A stretch of DNA of 63,212 nt, filler included, from Asterionella formosa (Eukaryota), in assembly GCA_002256025.1 (NCBI GenBank). It is 7 parts of 7 records of this genome, joined end to end, with 100 filler letters (N's around TTAATTAATTAA, not from the genome) between each part and the next. Parts side by side here need not be neighbours in the genome. Positions count along the whole stretch, not along the records: positions 1 to 27,166 come from NKIB01001582.1; 6 more parts are not named here. One strand, 5' to 3'. The notes under the pieces are model-generated. The model was not told where the DNA came from. It saw only the letters and a list, made by a program, of their open reading frames with translations, and searched no databases. Below are positions 1 to 9,874 of this stretch, piece after piece. The position numbers and the translations under genes were made by a program. How positions within the stretch are numbered: the stretch's first letter is position 1; each line of letters opens with the position of its first letter.

Positions 1-798
1 ACTCTAGCGCGCTCCAGTACTGCCCTGGAATGACCGGTCAAGATCTTTCTCACGCCGCTCGTCTGCAGCTTCTTCTGCTATATAAATCCTGTCTATTTCC
101 GTTTAGACATTCCTCAGACTACCTAGTCTTCGGACACCTGTCGACATCAACAGCCTAACAGACACACTCTGACACCTGTATACTGGTATAACTACCTGTA
201 GTAGTAATGTCTTGCTATCGGCTACCTACCGGTACAAATAATTGTTCCCCCAGCACAGGTTCTGTACTTACTACACGATGTGTTAAATGCACCAGATACC
301 TGGTACCGGTACCAGGTACCAGGCACATGTACACCAGTATATACCGGTACCTGGTACTAATATGGAGATACACCGGTCGTAAGAAAAATATTGCATATGC
401 ACTACATAATTAGCTACCGGTACGTATTTTTCCGACCGTTGAGCGAATCATAGTTAGTACATAGCTACCCGGTAATAGCAGTTGATTGTGTACGGGGAGT
501 AAGTATATGCATATGCGGGTTTTGGATAGTGGGGGGGTATAGTATGTGCAGGGTAGACCTTGTGCTCCCATTACATGGGACTGGTTACCTAGTAGGTAAG
601 ACTCCGCCCAACACGAACTACATGTAAGGAAATTAGATACGTACGTACCTACATGATACATGATTGAAATAGGACTCGCTCGGCCGGAGTTGCAGGAGCA
701 TTTGCTTACCGGTATTTAGTTAGGGGACTCTACCTGTATTTCTCTATTCATATGCAATTTGTCTTCGATTTCTATCCACGCAAACAAAACGATCGACC

Positions 799-2028
799 AT
801 GGCAACCATCCTGGCGTATGCGCTCCTCACAGTAATGATCCTTCTGATTCAAGGATTCGTTTTCTTGACAATGCAAAAAAGTAACAAAAGCGAACGCGCC
901 AAGTTGATTTGTCCGAAGAGTCGTAGCGAATTCGAATGGCCGTCAAAGGTGAACGTGAAGTCCGTATCCAATAGTAGTCTTTACGATGGTATTGCAGCAC
1001 CTCGCATATGGGATCCTTGGCCTATCGATCGTAAGCTGCCGTGTGTACCCATTGAAGAAGGCTGGTGGCATACGAGAGTCCAACGATCGCCAACAAAACG
1101 AGGACTACTCTTCGTCAAGGAAATGAAGACAGGTAGCAGTTCTGTTGGTGGCGTCGTCCTGAGGTTGGCCCGACAGCTACCCAAGCGATACGGTTACGAC
1201 TTTGAGATGTGTTCTGCACGAGTGGATCATGCCAATGTTGCTCGAATTATGGACTACAAGAATCGTATTCCCGACGAGAGCTACCTCTTTACCTTTATTA
1301 GAGAACCATCGGCAAGGCTAATATCACAATTCTTTCACTTCCAGGTATCTCGAGAGAAAAAGGAAGTTAGCGATATCAACATCCAGCAATATTTCTTGAA
1401 TGTTTCTTATTTTCAAAATTACTACCTGAATGATCTGTCACTGCTTCCATATGAACCAGGTGTGATCCCTCAACGCAATAAACGTGAGTATCAAGAACGA
1501 AAGGTCGCAGCCATTCTCAAAGATTACGATTTTATTGGAATTACGGAGCGTATGGACGAGTCTCTAGTAGTGCTCCAACTTCTCCTTCACTTGCCCACAT
1601 CAGATATACTCTATGTTATTGCCAAATCGAAAGGAGGCTTTGATGATGGCGCCTTCCATCAAACATGTACCTACATTATCCCGTCCTACACATCTCCAAC
1701 TATGAAGCAGTGGTTTAAAACATCCCCACAGTGGAAAAATAAAACATATGGAGATAGCCTGCTATATCAAGCTGCATGTCGATCACTGGATCTCACCATT
1801 GATGCTTTGGGCCGAGATCTGGTGGAAGAGAAACTGAAGAAATTCAAGCTGGCCCAAACTCTTGTCCAAGAAAGATGCTCCTCTAATTTGCGACTCCCCT
1901 GTTCTCCCGATGGAGTCCGGGCCAAGGCATTTGATATCAACTATTTCGATACCGACTGTTTATGGTTGGACAGTGGCTGTGGGCACGCATGTTTGGATGA
2001 GATTAGTGATGAAGTGAATAACTTGTAA
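799..2028 (+). CDS. Membrane-anchored sulfotransferase (galactose-3-O-sulfotransferase/Sulfotransfer_2-like)
   Basis: 409-aa ORF with an N-terminal TM anchor, a PAPS-binding-like motif FVKEMKTGSSS, a 3'-PB-like motif FIREPSARLISQF and YDFIGITERMDESLVVL. Confidence 0.75.
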   Translation: MATILAYALLTVMILLIQGFVFLTMQKSNKSERAKLICPKSRSEFEWPSKVNVKSVSNSSLYDGIAAPRIWDPWPIDRKLPCVPIEEGWWHTRVQRSPTKRGLLFVKEMKTGSSSVGGVVLRLARQLPKRYGYDFEMCSARVDHANVARIMDYKNRIPDESYLFTFIREPSARLISQFFHFQVSREKKEVSDINIQQYFLNVSYFQNYYLNDLSLLPYEPGVIPQRNKREYQERKVAAILKDYDFIGITERMDESLVVLQLLLHLPTSDILYVIAKSKGGFDDGAFHQTCTYIIPSYTSPTMKQWFKTSPQWKNKTYGDSLLYQAACRSLDLTIDALGRDLVEEKLKKFKLAQTLVQERCSSNLRLPCSPDGVRAKAFDINYFDTDCLWLDSGCGHACLDEISDEVNNL

Positions 2029-2591
2029 CTACAGCATACTACTTTCGAGCAAAATCTGGGGAAGCAATGAACGCGTCCTTAAAGTCCGAGATATCTTCCA
2101 CACACATAGTGTCGTCGAGTTTATATTCATTAATGTCCTCATGACAACCATTTTAGTTCACTCCCTGGAATGCCGCTTGGAGTTGACTCTAGTCGACTCG
2201 GATCCAACCGTCGAAAAACTACAACCATGTATCTAGCTGTGTTAATAGAGGCTCGACGAAACTTCAGCGAGAACGTACTTAACCTTCGCCATCAGTTCGT
2301 AAGCGAATTACGTTCGCTTTCTAAGATCACAAAGTATTGTTAAGCACATTATGTGTGCATGTCTCATGGGGAAACTGGTCAACCATCCATTGCGAGAAGT
2401 GCCAAAATGTGTGGCAGGACCTAGTAGCTCGTAATAAAACATATACGGCGTTTGGTCGTGAGCATGTCTGAACGAGCGAACTGCGATACTTCGCGAAAAA
2501 TTCCAACATGTATCCCTGCACAATCGACATGGTACCTGGTACCTACGTATACCCAACCTGTTACATATGTACAACGGAGTACGGTACCTGG

Positions 2592-2679
2592 CAAGTTGCG
2601 GTAATTTTGCTTAAACTAACAATTTATTATGGGATAAAGATAGCTAAACTTTTAGTTACAGCAAAATTATTGAAACTTG
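2592..2679. mobile_element. 88-bp MITE, copy 1 (Harbinger-like)
   Basis: Imperfect terminal inverted repeats (caagttgcggtaattttgc ... gcaaaattattgaaacttg), flanked by ctgg on both sides. Aligns over its full length with the reverse complement of 50303..50390. Confidence 0.7.
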
Positions 2680-3313
2680 CTGGTAGTTTAGTACCGGTAC
2701 TTGTTTGACTAACGGTACACATGTCGACGACATAAATGTACTGCAACAAACACAGGGGCCCAGTATGACATGTATGCACATATATACATGTGGTACCTGG
2801 TACCCTTGTACCCTGGTAGTATGATATACACGTACAAATATATGAACATCTATGAGATGAGTATAATGATGAGAAAGTACGAACAATAGTAAAATCACGC
2901 ACAACTCTTGACTATCATAATAATAAGGAACAGCGGTGGCATCGCCATCACGAACATCTCCCTTGCTTCGCTTTGCTTTGTTCTTTTGTCTCAAAATGTT
3001 CACCTCACCACAAACATCAAAGCGAACATCATTAAAAAAACACAAGTCCACTTCTTGAAAAATCGAGGATTAAGAAGTAGCAATCAACACACCGGGTTTA
3101 ACGCCGAGAAAGCTGGAATTCTTGCGGCAAGGTAATGAAACTGGCGTTTATGGCATGCGCACACATTTGATTGTGCACCTAGCCAGTTGCATCCTTGACC
3201 TTTGTAACTCACATGTTTGTCGACCTCCTCGTATGTCTAATCACTGTTGCAGAAACTAAAAAGGCTCCTTTCAACCAGGCTTGAAGATCCAAGAAATTAA
3301 TAATAATCCACGA

Positions 3314-5584
3314 ATGGAGAATACGACCATGTGCACTGTCACCACAGTCAACGATCCCTTTGTCGAACCCACAATAGGAGAAATTCTAGCGGAACAACTT
3401 GATTTAATGGGCTTGAACCATGAAGGTCCATCACAAGATTTCTTTGCCAAGCAACGTGCAGCAATAATGAGCTTGTATCAGAGTGAACTGCCAGACTTCC
3501 AACCTGGTGGTCGGAGTGGTAGTACCTTTTTACTGGGTTTGAACGATGAAGTTCTGTCAGACAGTCCAAATGAAAAATACTGGGGTTCGCAAAGTGAATA
3601 TGAATCTCTTTGTACACAGAGAGAAGGAACCGATCAATTCAATTCAGAAGACAAACTAGCAGAGGAATTTGCATTGCTGGGTTTGAATCATAATTTACCG
3701 TCTGCCATTCTACCAGGGCAACGAGTCTTAATGGGTTTGGATGATGACGATCTGCTAGACATTCTAGCAGACCAAGATGGTGATATTCAGAGTGATAATG
3801 AATCTCTTTATACTGATGGAGAAAACGAGGTCGAAATGTATGAAGAGAACCCTGACTTTTTCCCATCCCCTACTAGCGAAACCAAGGAACAGTGCTCCAG
3901 CGTTTTATGTGAAAAGGAGGAGGATCCCAAGTCAAACCAGAATGACGGGAATACAGCCTCACCCCCATCGGTTATGAGTTTTGTTGCCATCAGATCCCTT
4001 TCCACATCGACGAATGTTCCGAGTGAAAACAGAATTTATCCCCGCAATCTGTCAAGTGACTTTGGCGTCATGAACGACAACAACAGTGTGGACAATGCAG
4101 AATTTGAAACTAATTTTATTTTGGGCGAATGCGGCAACAATGTAGACACTATACCAATACACTATGCTCAAGATTTCAACCTCCAAAACACAGAAGGTGG
4201 AAAACACAAAGATCCAGATATATTTGTGTTTACTGCTGGCTGCTTCAACGAAGCAAAGGAATGCATGGATAACGACTTGGAATCTCTCGAAGAATACCTC
4301 GAACATCGTGTGGCGCGGGCCTGTGGGCATGAGGATTCGAAAGATTTACTCTACCAAATCTACCATTTGATGGATGATGAAAGCAGTCATTATTCCCTCC
4401 TTGATTGGACTTTTTCCCAGGATTGTGAAGTCCAACAAAATGACGCGAAAAAAACTAATAAAGCCATCGAAAATAACATTGCCGAATCGAATCATCAAGT
4501 GATAGAACTGGAATTAAAGTTGCAACAGTGTGTGCTGCGAATCAAGGAAATGGTGCATATTGGGGCATGTGTCAATACTCAGGGTCACCTGCACGGTGAT
4601 AGTGATCATTTTTCGATTGATGACATCAATGATGAAAATGTCAACACTCCAGTCAATGAAAAAGCTTTAGATATGATGTCTGAGTCAGCTACAAAAATCC
4701 AAGAACTACACGTTCAACAAACAATAGCCAGTGCGGAGATTGTGGAATTGAGATCCAAGTTGTTGGAGACCCAAACTTTGGTTGATGACTTGGAACATGA
4801 AAAATACTTTAATGCGGCCAAGGTTAGGGAATTGCTGGAAATACTCGCAATTAATGACGAACAAGGGGCTCGTGCGCACATGACAGCTAAGGCTATAGAA
4901 ATGTCAGTATTAACTGTAGAAGTTGAGCAGCTTCGCATTGCACTCAAACAGCGTGATGAAAAATTGGAAAGGTTGCGGCAAGAACGAGATGCCACCCGGA
5001 GCGTGGTGGTCGAGTTGAGTGATGTGTTGCGAATGGTTGTTGAGATTTCTGACTCAAAGTATGACAAGGAATATGCTGAGCTCTTCAAAGATGGAGAAGT
5101 GTTGAACCGTGATCAGGCATTGGAGTTAACGGTGAGGTCTCTCATTAAAAAAGTAGCAACCCTGAAGGAGGAGAAAACTAAATTTCAAGCAACTATGAAA
5201 TCATTAAAGGATGCTATGCTCGCGTTGACTCAGGAAAATGAAGCCCAATTGGTCAAGATCGAGGCGCTTGAGGCCCACTATTGCATGATCAACCAACGTG
5301 GCGATATCATGGACATGCGGAATGTTTCATTGAGAGATAGCGGTCCTCTCGCGCTCCAAAAGACCAATTTCCAAAAGGAAACCGTGTCTGGACCAATTAG
5401 GGAACGAATAAGGAAATTTCGTTCTTTGAGTTTTTCAAAGCCTCGAGGAACGAACGCTACGAAAGAACAGAAAGGTGAGGAAAATGCAGCATTTATTAAA
5501 GTAGAGCTTGATTCGTCCACGGGAACCGACCAATCTCTGAGACGTTTGATGAAGCACAGCCATAGTGTTACATCACTAAGGTGA
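3314..5584 (+). CDS. Acidic/coiled-coil protein of unknown function
   Basis: Long ORF with first ATG at 3314 and heptad-rich C-terminal half. Probable upstream intron 3132..3252 (GTAATG ... CTAAT branch ... TTGCAG). Confidence 0.7.
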   Translation: MENTTMCTVTTVNDPFVEPTIGEILAEQLDLMGLNHEGPSQDFFAKQRAAIMSLYQSELPDFQPGGRSGSTFLLGLNDEVLSDSPNEKYWGSQSEYESLCTQREGTDQFNSEDKLAEEFALLGLNHNLPSAILPGQRVLMGLDDDDLLDILADQDGDIQSDNESLYTDGENEVEMYEENPDFFPSPTSETKEQCSSVLCEKEEDPKSNQNDGNTASPPSVMSFVAIRSLSTSTNVPSENRIYPRNLSSDFGVMNDNNSVDNAEFETNFILGECGNNVDTIPIHYAQDFNLQNTEGGKHKDPDIFVFTAGCFNEAKECMDNDLESLEEYLEHRVARACGHEDSKDLLYQIYHLMDDESSHYSLLDWTFSQDCEVQQNDAKKTNKAIENNIAESNHQVIELELKLQQCVLRIKEMVHIGACVNTQGHLHGDSDHFSIDDINDENVNTPVNEKALDMMSESATKIQELHVQQTIASAEIVELRSKLLETQTLVDDLEHEKYFNAAKVRELLEILAINDEQGARAHMTAKAIEMSVLTVEVEQLRIALKQRDEKLERLRQERDATRSVVVELSDVLRMVVEISDSKYDKEYAELFKDGEVLNRDQALELTVRSLIKKVATLKEEKTKFQATMKSLKDAMLALTQENEAQLVKIEALEAHYCMINQRGDIMDMRNVSLRDSGPLALQKTNFQKETVSGPIRERIRKFRSLSFSKPRGTNATKEQKGEENAAFIKVELDSSTGTDQSLRRLMKHSHSVTSLR

Positions 5585-6154
5585 ATATCTTCTGTCGCTG
5601 ATGGAGTGTAGCAGCCTTTGATGCATTTCATGCAAGGTTGATTGTATTCCAATTCCCCCATTGAATTCATAATAAAAAGGTTATTGAGAAGGGTTGAGGT
5701 AATGATCATAACACGATACATTTTAACGTAAATCGAATAGATGGTATAACACAACAAGAGATAAAGACTGCTCTACTTATCTTGTTGTCGTGTGGCCCTA
5801 CACTTTAATCTTAAAGAAAGCTAAAAGCAATGGTATTGAGGTGCAATCAGCTGACTTTTAATGCTGAGGTAAATCAATTGTTTCCCAAAGTCTAGGGTAC
5901 ACCAACAATGGTCAGCGACTGCCTAGAAGTCATCCCAATAACTGCCCACGCCATTGAATTGAGAGTTTATAGAATTGACATGAGCGCGCGACTGTTCTCC
6001 TTTGATAAGACACTATGGACAAAGTTCTTCCAAGTCTCATGAACAATCTTGAATAGAATATAATCACGGGCCATGAACGATGTCATGGTAAAATGTTAAC
6101 TTAACAATTACACTGAGAATATCAAACGTCATAGTGGACAAATCGAGTGCAACC

Positions 6155-7165
6155 TCACTCGTACTTGGTGCTTGTGATCGTTATCTTCGGTCGCTTTGGT
6201 TTCAACATTGGTTTGTACTTGTTTTCTGTATCACATGTAGTGTCCTGCTCAATTCCACCGAATACTTTCCTTCTAGCAATTTGCCACTGTTCGAGCAAAT
6301 CCTTGCAAGTGTCAGAAACACTGGGACTATTTTGACATTCCCAGGGCGAATGGCAGGTGTCATTAAACAAATCAAAAATTAATGATAATGCAGGTACGAT
6401 GCATGGGTAGGAAGAGCACCGCAAGGCACTTTGCTCGGCAAGGGTCATATTTTTAGTGAGTCTAGGACTGGGTCGGATCCATTCAATGTCTTGCGGAGCG
6501 GTATCCCCGCTTAACAATCGTCGACCTGCAATTGCAGCACTCGTCCCCAACCGTGATGTTTCACTTGATGCCTCGGCTAATCCAACAACAATAGTTTCTA
6601 TTGGTACCTTGATCACTAATCTAGCGGTTTTAGAAAGTTCGTGTCCCAGGATTTGCCAAATGGCGGTTTTTGGCAGAAATGTAACGTGATCCAACCAACG
6701 CCCTCTTACAAGTTGGAGCGTGGCATTCTGACCGTCACAATACTGTGGAAAGATTCCGTGAACCTTCACATCATTGTCACCAAAATTATGGATTGACTGC
6801 TTCAGCAAAATGGAGGCATCAATACTACTCTCCTTGCAATCCTTAATGTCGACCATAACGATGATGCCTTTCTTTCGCTTTTTTATCCTGCCGTGGTCCA
6901 AATCAGGACGCCATGATGGGTCTATTTTTCGCTCCATTTTCGGAAACATGAATGTAAAGAGGCCAATCTTCATATCTCGACCAAACGCAAACTGAGCATG
7001 ACCTCCTAGCTTCGAGGGTTCACCGGGCTGATAGTCTTCTATTCGTCCGCTGGACGCGTGAAGCGGGAAATCAAATTGATGCAGGCGCTGAAGTGCCATG
7101 AACACCAATAATACAGATGAAAGCACCAGCATATGTTGGATATTGCGGAGGATGTGTCGCAACAT
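6155..7165 (-). CDS. Type II membrane protein, divergent GT8/glycogenin-like glycosyltransferase homolog
   Basis: 336-aa ORF with an N-terminal TM. IDASILLKQSIH and TCHSPWEC..C.DLLEQW..AR resemble diatom GT8 motifs, but no DxD is evident. Confidence 0.5.
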   Translation of the reverse strand: MLRHILRNIQHMLVLSSVLLVFMALQRLHQFDFPLHASSGRIEDYQPGEPSKLGGHAQFAFGRDMKIGLFTFMFPKMERKIDPSWRPDLDHGRIKKRKKGIIVMVDIKDCKESSIDASILLKQSIHNFGDNDVKVHGIFPQYCDGQNATLQLVRGRWLDHVTFLPKTAIWQILGHELSKTARLVIKVPIETIVVGLAEASSETSRLGTSAAIAGRRLLSGDTAPQDIEWIRPSPRLTKNMTLAEQSALRCSSYPCIVPALSLIFDLFNDTCHSPWECQNSPSVSDTCKDLLEQWQIARRKVFGGIEQDTTCDTENKYKPMLKPKRPKITITSTKYE

Positions 7166-7429
7166 GATAATGGAAATGGCAACGAGGAAGGAAGGTATTA
7201 GTCTTGTCTATGTCGGTAATGGTACCTTGTACCATGGTGTTGGTACCTGGTAGTTCTTTCAAAGCCCTGAACAGTGTGACTTCGTGGGAGTGGTAACAAA
7301 TTATTGTATGTAGGATCGAGTTCCGGTATCACGCTACCATTACGTATGTGCAGAGTAGGTACCGGGTACAAATCATGTAACATCCCGGTATGTAATAGTT
7401 GGCTGTAGGTGAGATGTCAACTTCGTCAG

Positions 7430-7865
7430 GAAGGTGCGGTAATTGCGCCATCTGCGCGCTTTTTTGGTTTCAGCCCGCCTGAAGGGCTTTGAAAGTACCA
7501 CCGCCCGTTGGAGTCGGCTGGCTTCCTATCCATGTTCGTCCTCTTAAGTAAATTTAAATTATAACCGTACTTAGTGATTTGGTGTTCCCTCTTTAATAAA
7601 CCCTCCAATTTGCTCACTAAACGAACGCTAATAGCATTTGCTCATTGCTCCGAGCATTTGCTCATCACTAAAAAATTTGCGCACCGTAAGTTGGCTCGGT
7701 TTAGCAGTTATTACCTTTTTGTAATTAAGGTTGTAATTTTAATTTACTTAACAAAAAACCATTGGCTAGAAAATCAGCCAACTCCATCAGTCCGTTGTGG
7801 CTTCGATGCCCTGCAGGCGGGATGAAACCAAAAAAGCGCGCAGAATGCGCAATTACCGCACCTTC
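7430..7865. mobile_element. 436-bp MITE with ~110-bp TIRs and CAG target-site duplication (PIF/Harbinger-type)
   Basis: cag|GAAGGTGCGGTAATTGCGC ... GCGCAATTACCGCACCTTC|cag. Inverted similarity continues for about 110 bp. Confidence 0.85.
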
Positions 7866-7869
7866 CAGG

Positions 7870-8690
7870 ATGATGGCGGGTTCAGGTGTTACAGGCGAGA
7901 AGGAAGGGGATGAGGTGCTTGTTTGGTTCTGGGTTGCAGCCGGTGAAGACTCAATCTCTGGGACTGGTAAGAAGGCAAGCAAGTTTTGGGGCCGGGTGTT
8001 TGAGATCTATGTAGATCTCATCCCGGATGGCAAGGACCATACATCAACAGCATGCACAGCTCGATGGGGAATGATAAATCAAGACATCACAAAGTTCTGC
8101 AGCCTCTTTGCACAGGTGGCAAGTGTTCCGAAATCAAAATGGATTGATGATAAATACATTGAAGAAGCTATGGAGATATTTAAATTGGAAGGAAAAGGGA
8201 AAAGGCTAGGCAAATAGTTTATTGGTGATGGGTGTTGGCATATTTTAAAGGAATCCCTGAAGTGGATGGGTGGTTGCGGTTATGTTTGGGACCGAAAAAA
8301 TTGAAGCTTGCTCATTTGAAGTATGAGCTGCGTTCCATGGAGGCAAAAGCCGCCAAGGATGAAAAGCATGTTGCAAATGCTCAGCTTGTTTAGAAGAAGC
8401 ATGTAATGATGCTTGAAAGAAAGATGAAAACTCAATGTGATGAGTTTCTATTCAAGATATTTTCAATGAATGGTGAATCAGCAGAAGCAAAAAGGTTATT
8501 TTCCATGAAGGCACAAGAAGCAATGGAGGATATAGATGGTGTGATTGGGAAACCAGCAGCCAAAAAGGCCAATTAGATGTTGGAGTTTAGCAGTTCTGCT
8601 GAAGTAGATTTTTCAACTTCTTCATCAGCATCCACTGATGATGATGAATCGATTCTAGAAACTGAACAACTAGAGTTTTAAAATAATTTG
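7870..8690 (+). pseudogene. Harbinger/Pong accessory (Myb/SANT-like, NAM-associated-type) gene remnant
   Basis: DEVLVWFWVAAGEDSISGTGKKASKFWGRV ... ARWGMINQDITKF, followed by in-frame stops. Convergent with the transposase remnant at 8790..9420. Confidence 0.6.
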
Positions 8691-8789
8691 GTTATCACTT
8701 ACTCTGCAAGTATCATTTAAATGCTTCCAATGTACATTATAAATTTCAATAGACTTAATTTAATCAAAATAAAATACTATATATTATTT

Positions 8790-9420
8790 ATCCTCATTTT
8801 GAGTTCACAAGTGGCTGCTCAATCAAATCATTTCGAAATTGATAGTGCTCACCTTCATTCATGTAGTTCATTCAAATTGACAAACTAGAAAAGTATGCAT
8901 GTTGCTTGTTGTGATTCACATTGTCAACCAAAATGACATCCTGAAAATTATCAAAAAAATATTTGTTTGTGTCTTGTGTTCCCACTCGTCTTCTATAATC
9001 ATGTTGCGTACATGCAATGATGACATGATTGATTGCACCCACTGATCAAAGCTTGCACAAAAGTGCCAGGATCCTCCACTCTGCCTGTATCACACCAAAT
9101 GCTCACTCTATGTTCTTGCATTGCGCCTCTTGAACAATTTGAAAAATGCACATTTTGCACTGTTTGGTTCTGAACCTTCAACCAGCAGGTATGATGACCA
9201 GTACTTTAAAGTATAAATGCATATACTAGGAGTATAATTATATTGGTAGATAGAGCTTGCCAGGATAGTACAGTCATTGATCCCAATAGCTACACTGGTG
9301 CTGGAATTGTTGTGGCAATTATAATAGCTGGCTGGAAGCAAACTTCATGATATTATCCAAAATGGCTTTGAAATACTGGTACTTTCAATCACCAATCATT
9401 AATCTTGTGAGATGTAGCTA
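8790..9420 (-). pseudogene. PIF/Harbinger (Pong-type) transposase C-terminal remnant
   Basis: The minus strand encodes QEAQCKNIE*AFGVIQAEWRIL, matching the QEAxRKDVERAFGVLQARWxI motif, with stops and frameshifts. Confidence 0.6.
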
Positions 9421-9874
9421 GTCATCCCTATGTCAGAGGCAAGGGAAGAATTTGAAAGAAAAAGTGAAAGAGCCCTTGAATGAACTACCGGTATGTATTC
9501 AGGTGAGATATGGTGAGTATAATAAATTATAGTCAGCAATAATATATGTAATACACATATTTGTTAATTCTAGCTAGTTTACCGGTATTAGCAATACCTA
9601 ATAAATGACATGATCATTTAAAAAAATAATTACCTGAATATATAAGTAGGAAATCGATTACCAGTAGATACCAGGTACCATGTACCATCCTACGTGATGC
9701 CCATGACGGAACGAGAAGGGTGATGCTCTGGTGCTGCCTGCGGTTTTTAGTCGACATCGTATGCATCAGGCATTCTTTTGCTAGTTTTGACTTTTGACTA
9801 ACGGTAATGCCACTGCCAACATCGTGGCGATAATACCACATAGATTCTAAAGATAACTGAGAGAATGCCATATT

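Noticed and set aside
1..160. Possible LTR 3' end (TATATAAAT, terminating ...AACA)
   Set aside because: It is truncated at the contig start, with no partner LTR, PPT or TSD to test.
2240..2508. Possible solo LTR (TGTT...AACA)
   Set aside because: There is no target-site duplication and no second copy in the window.
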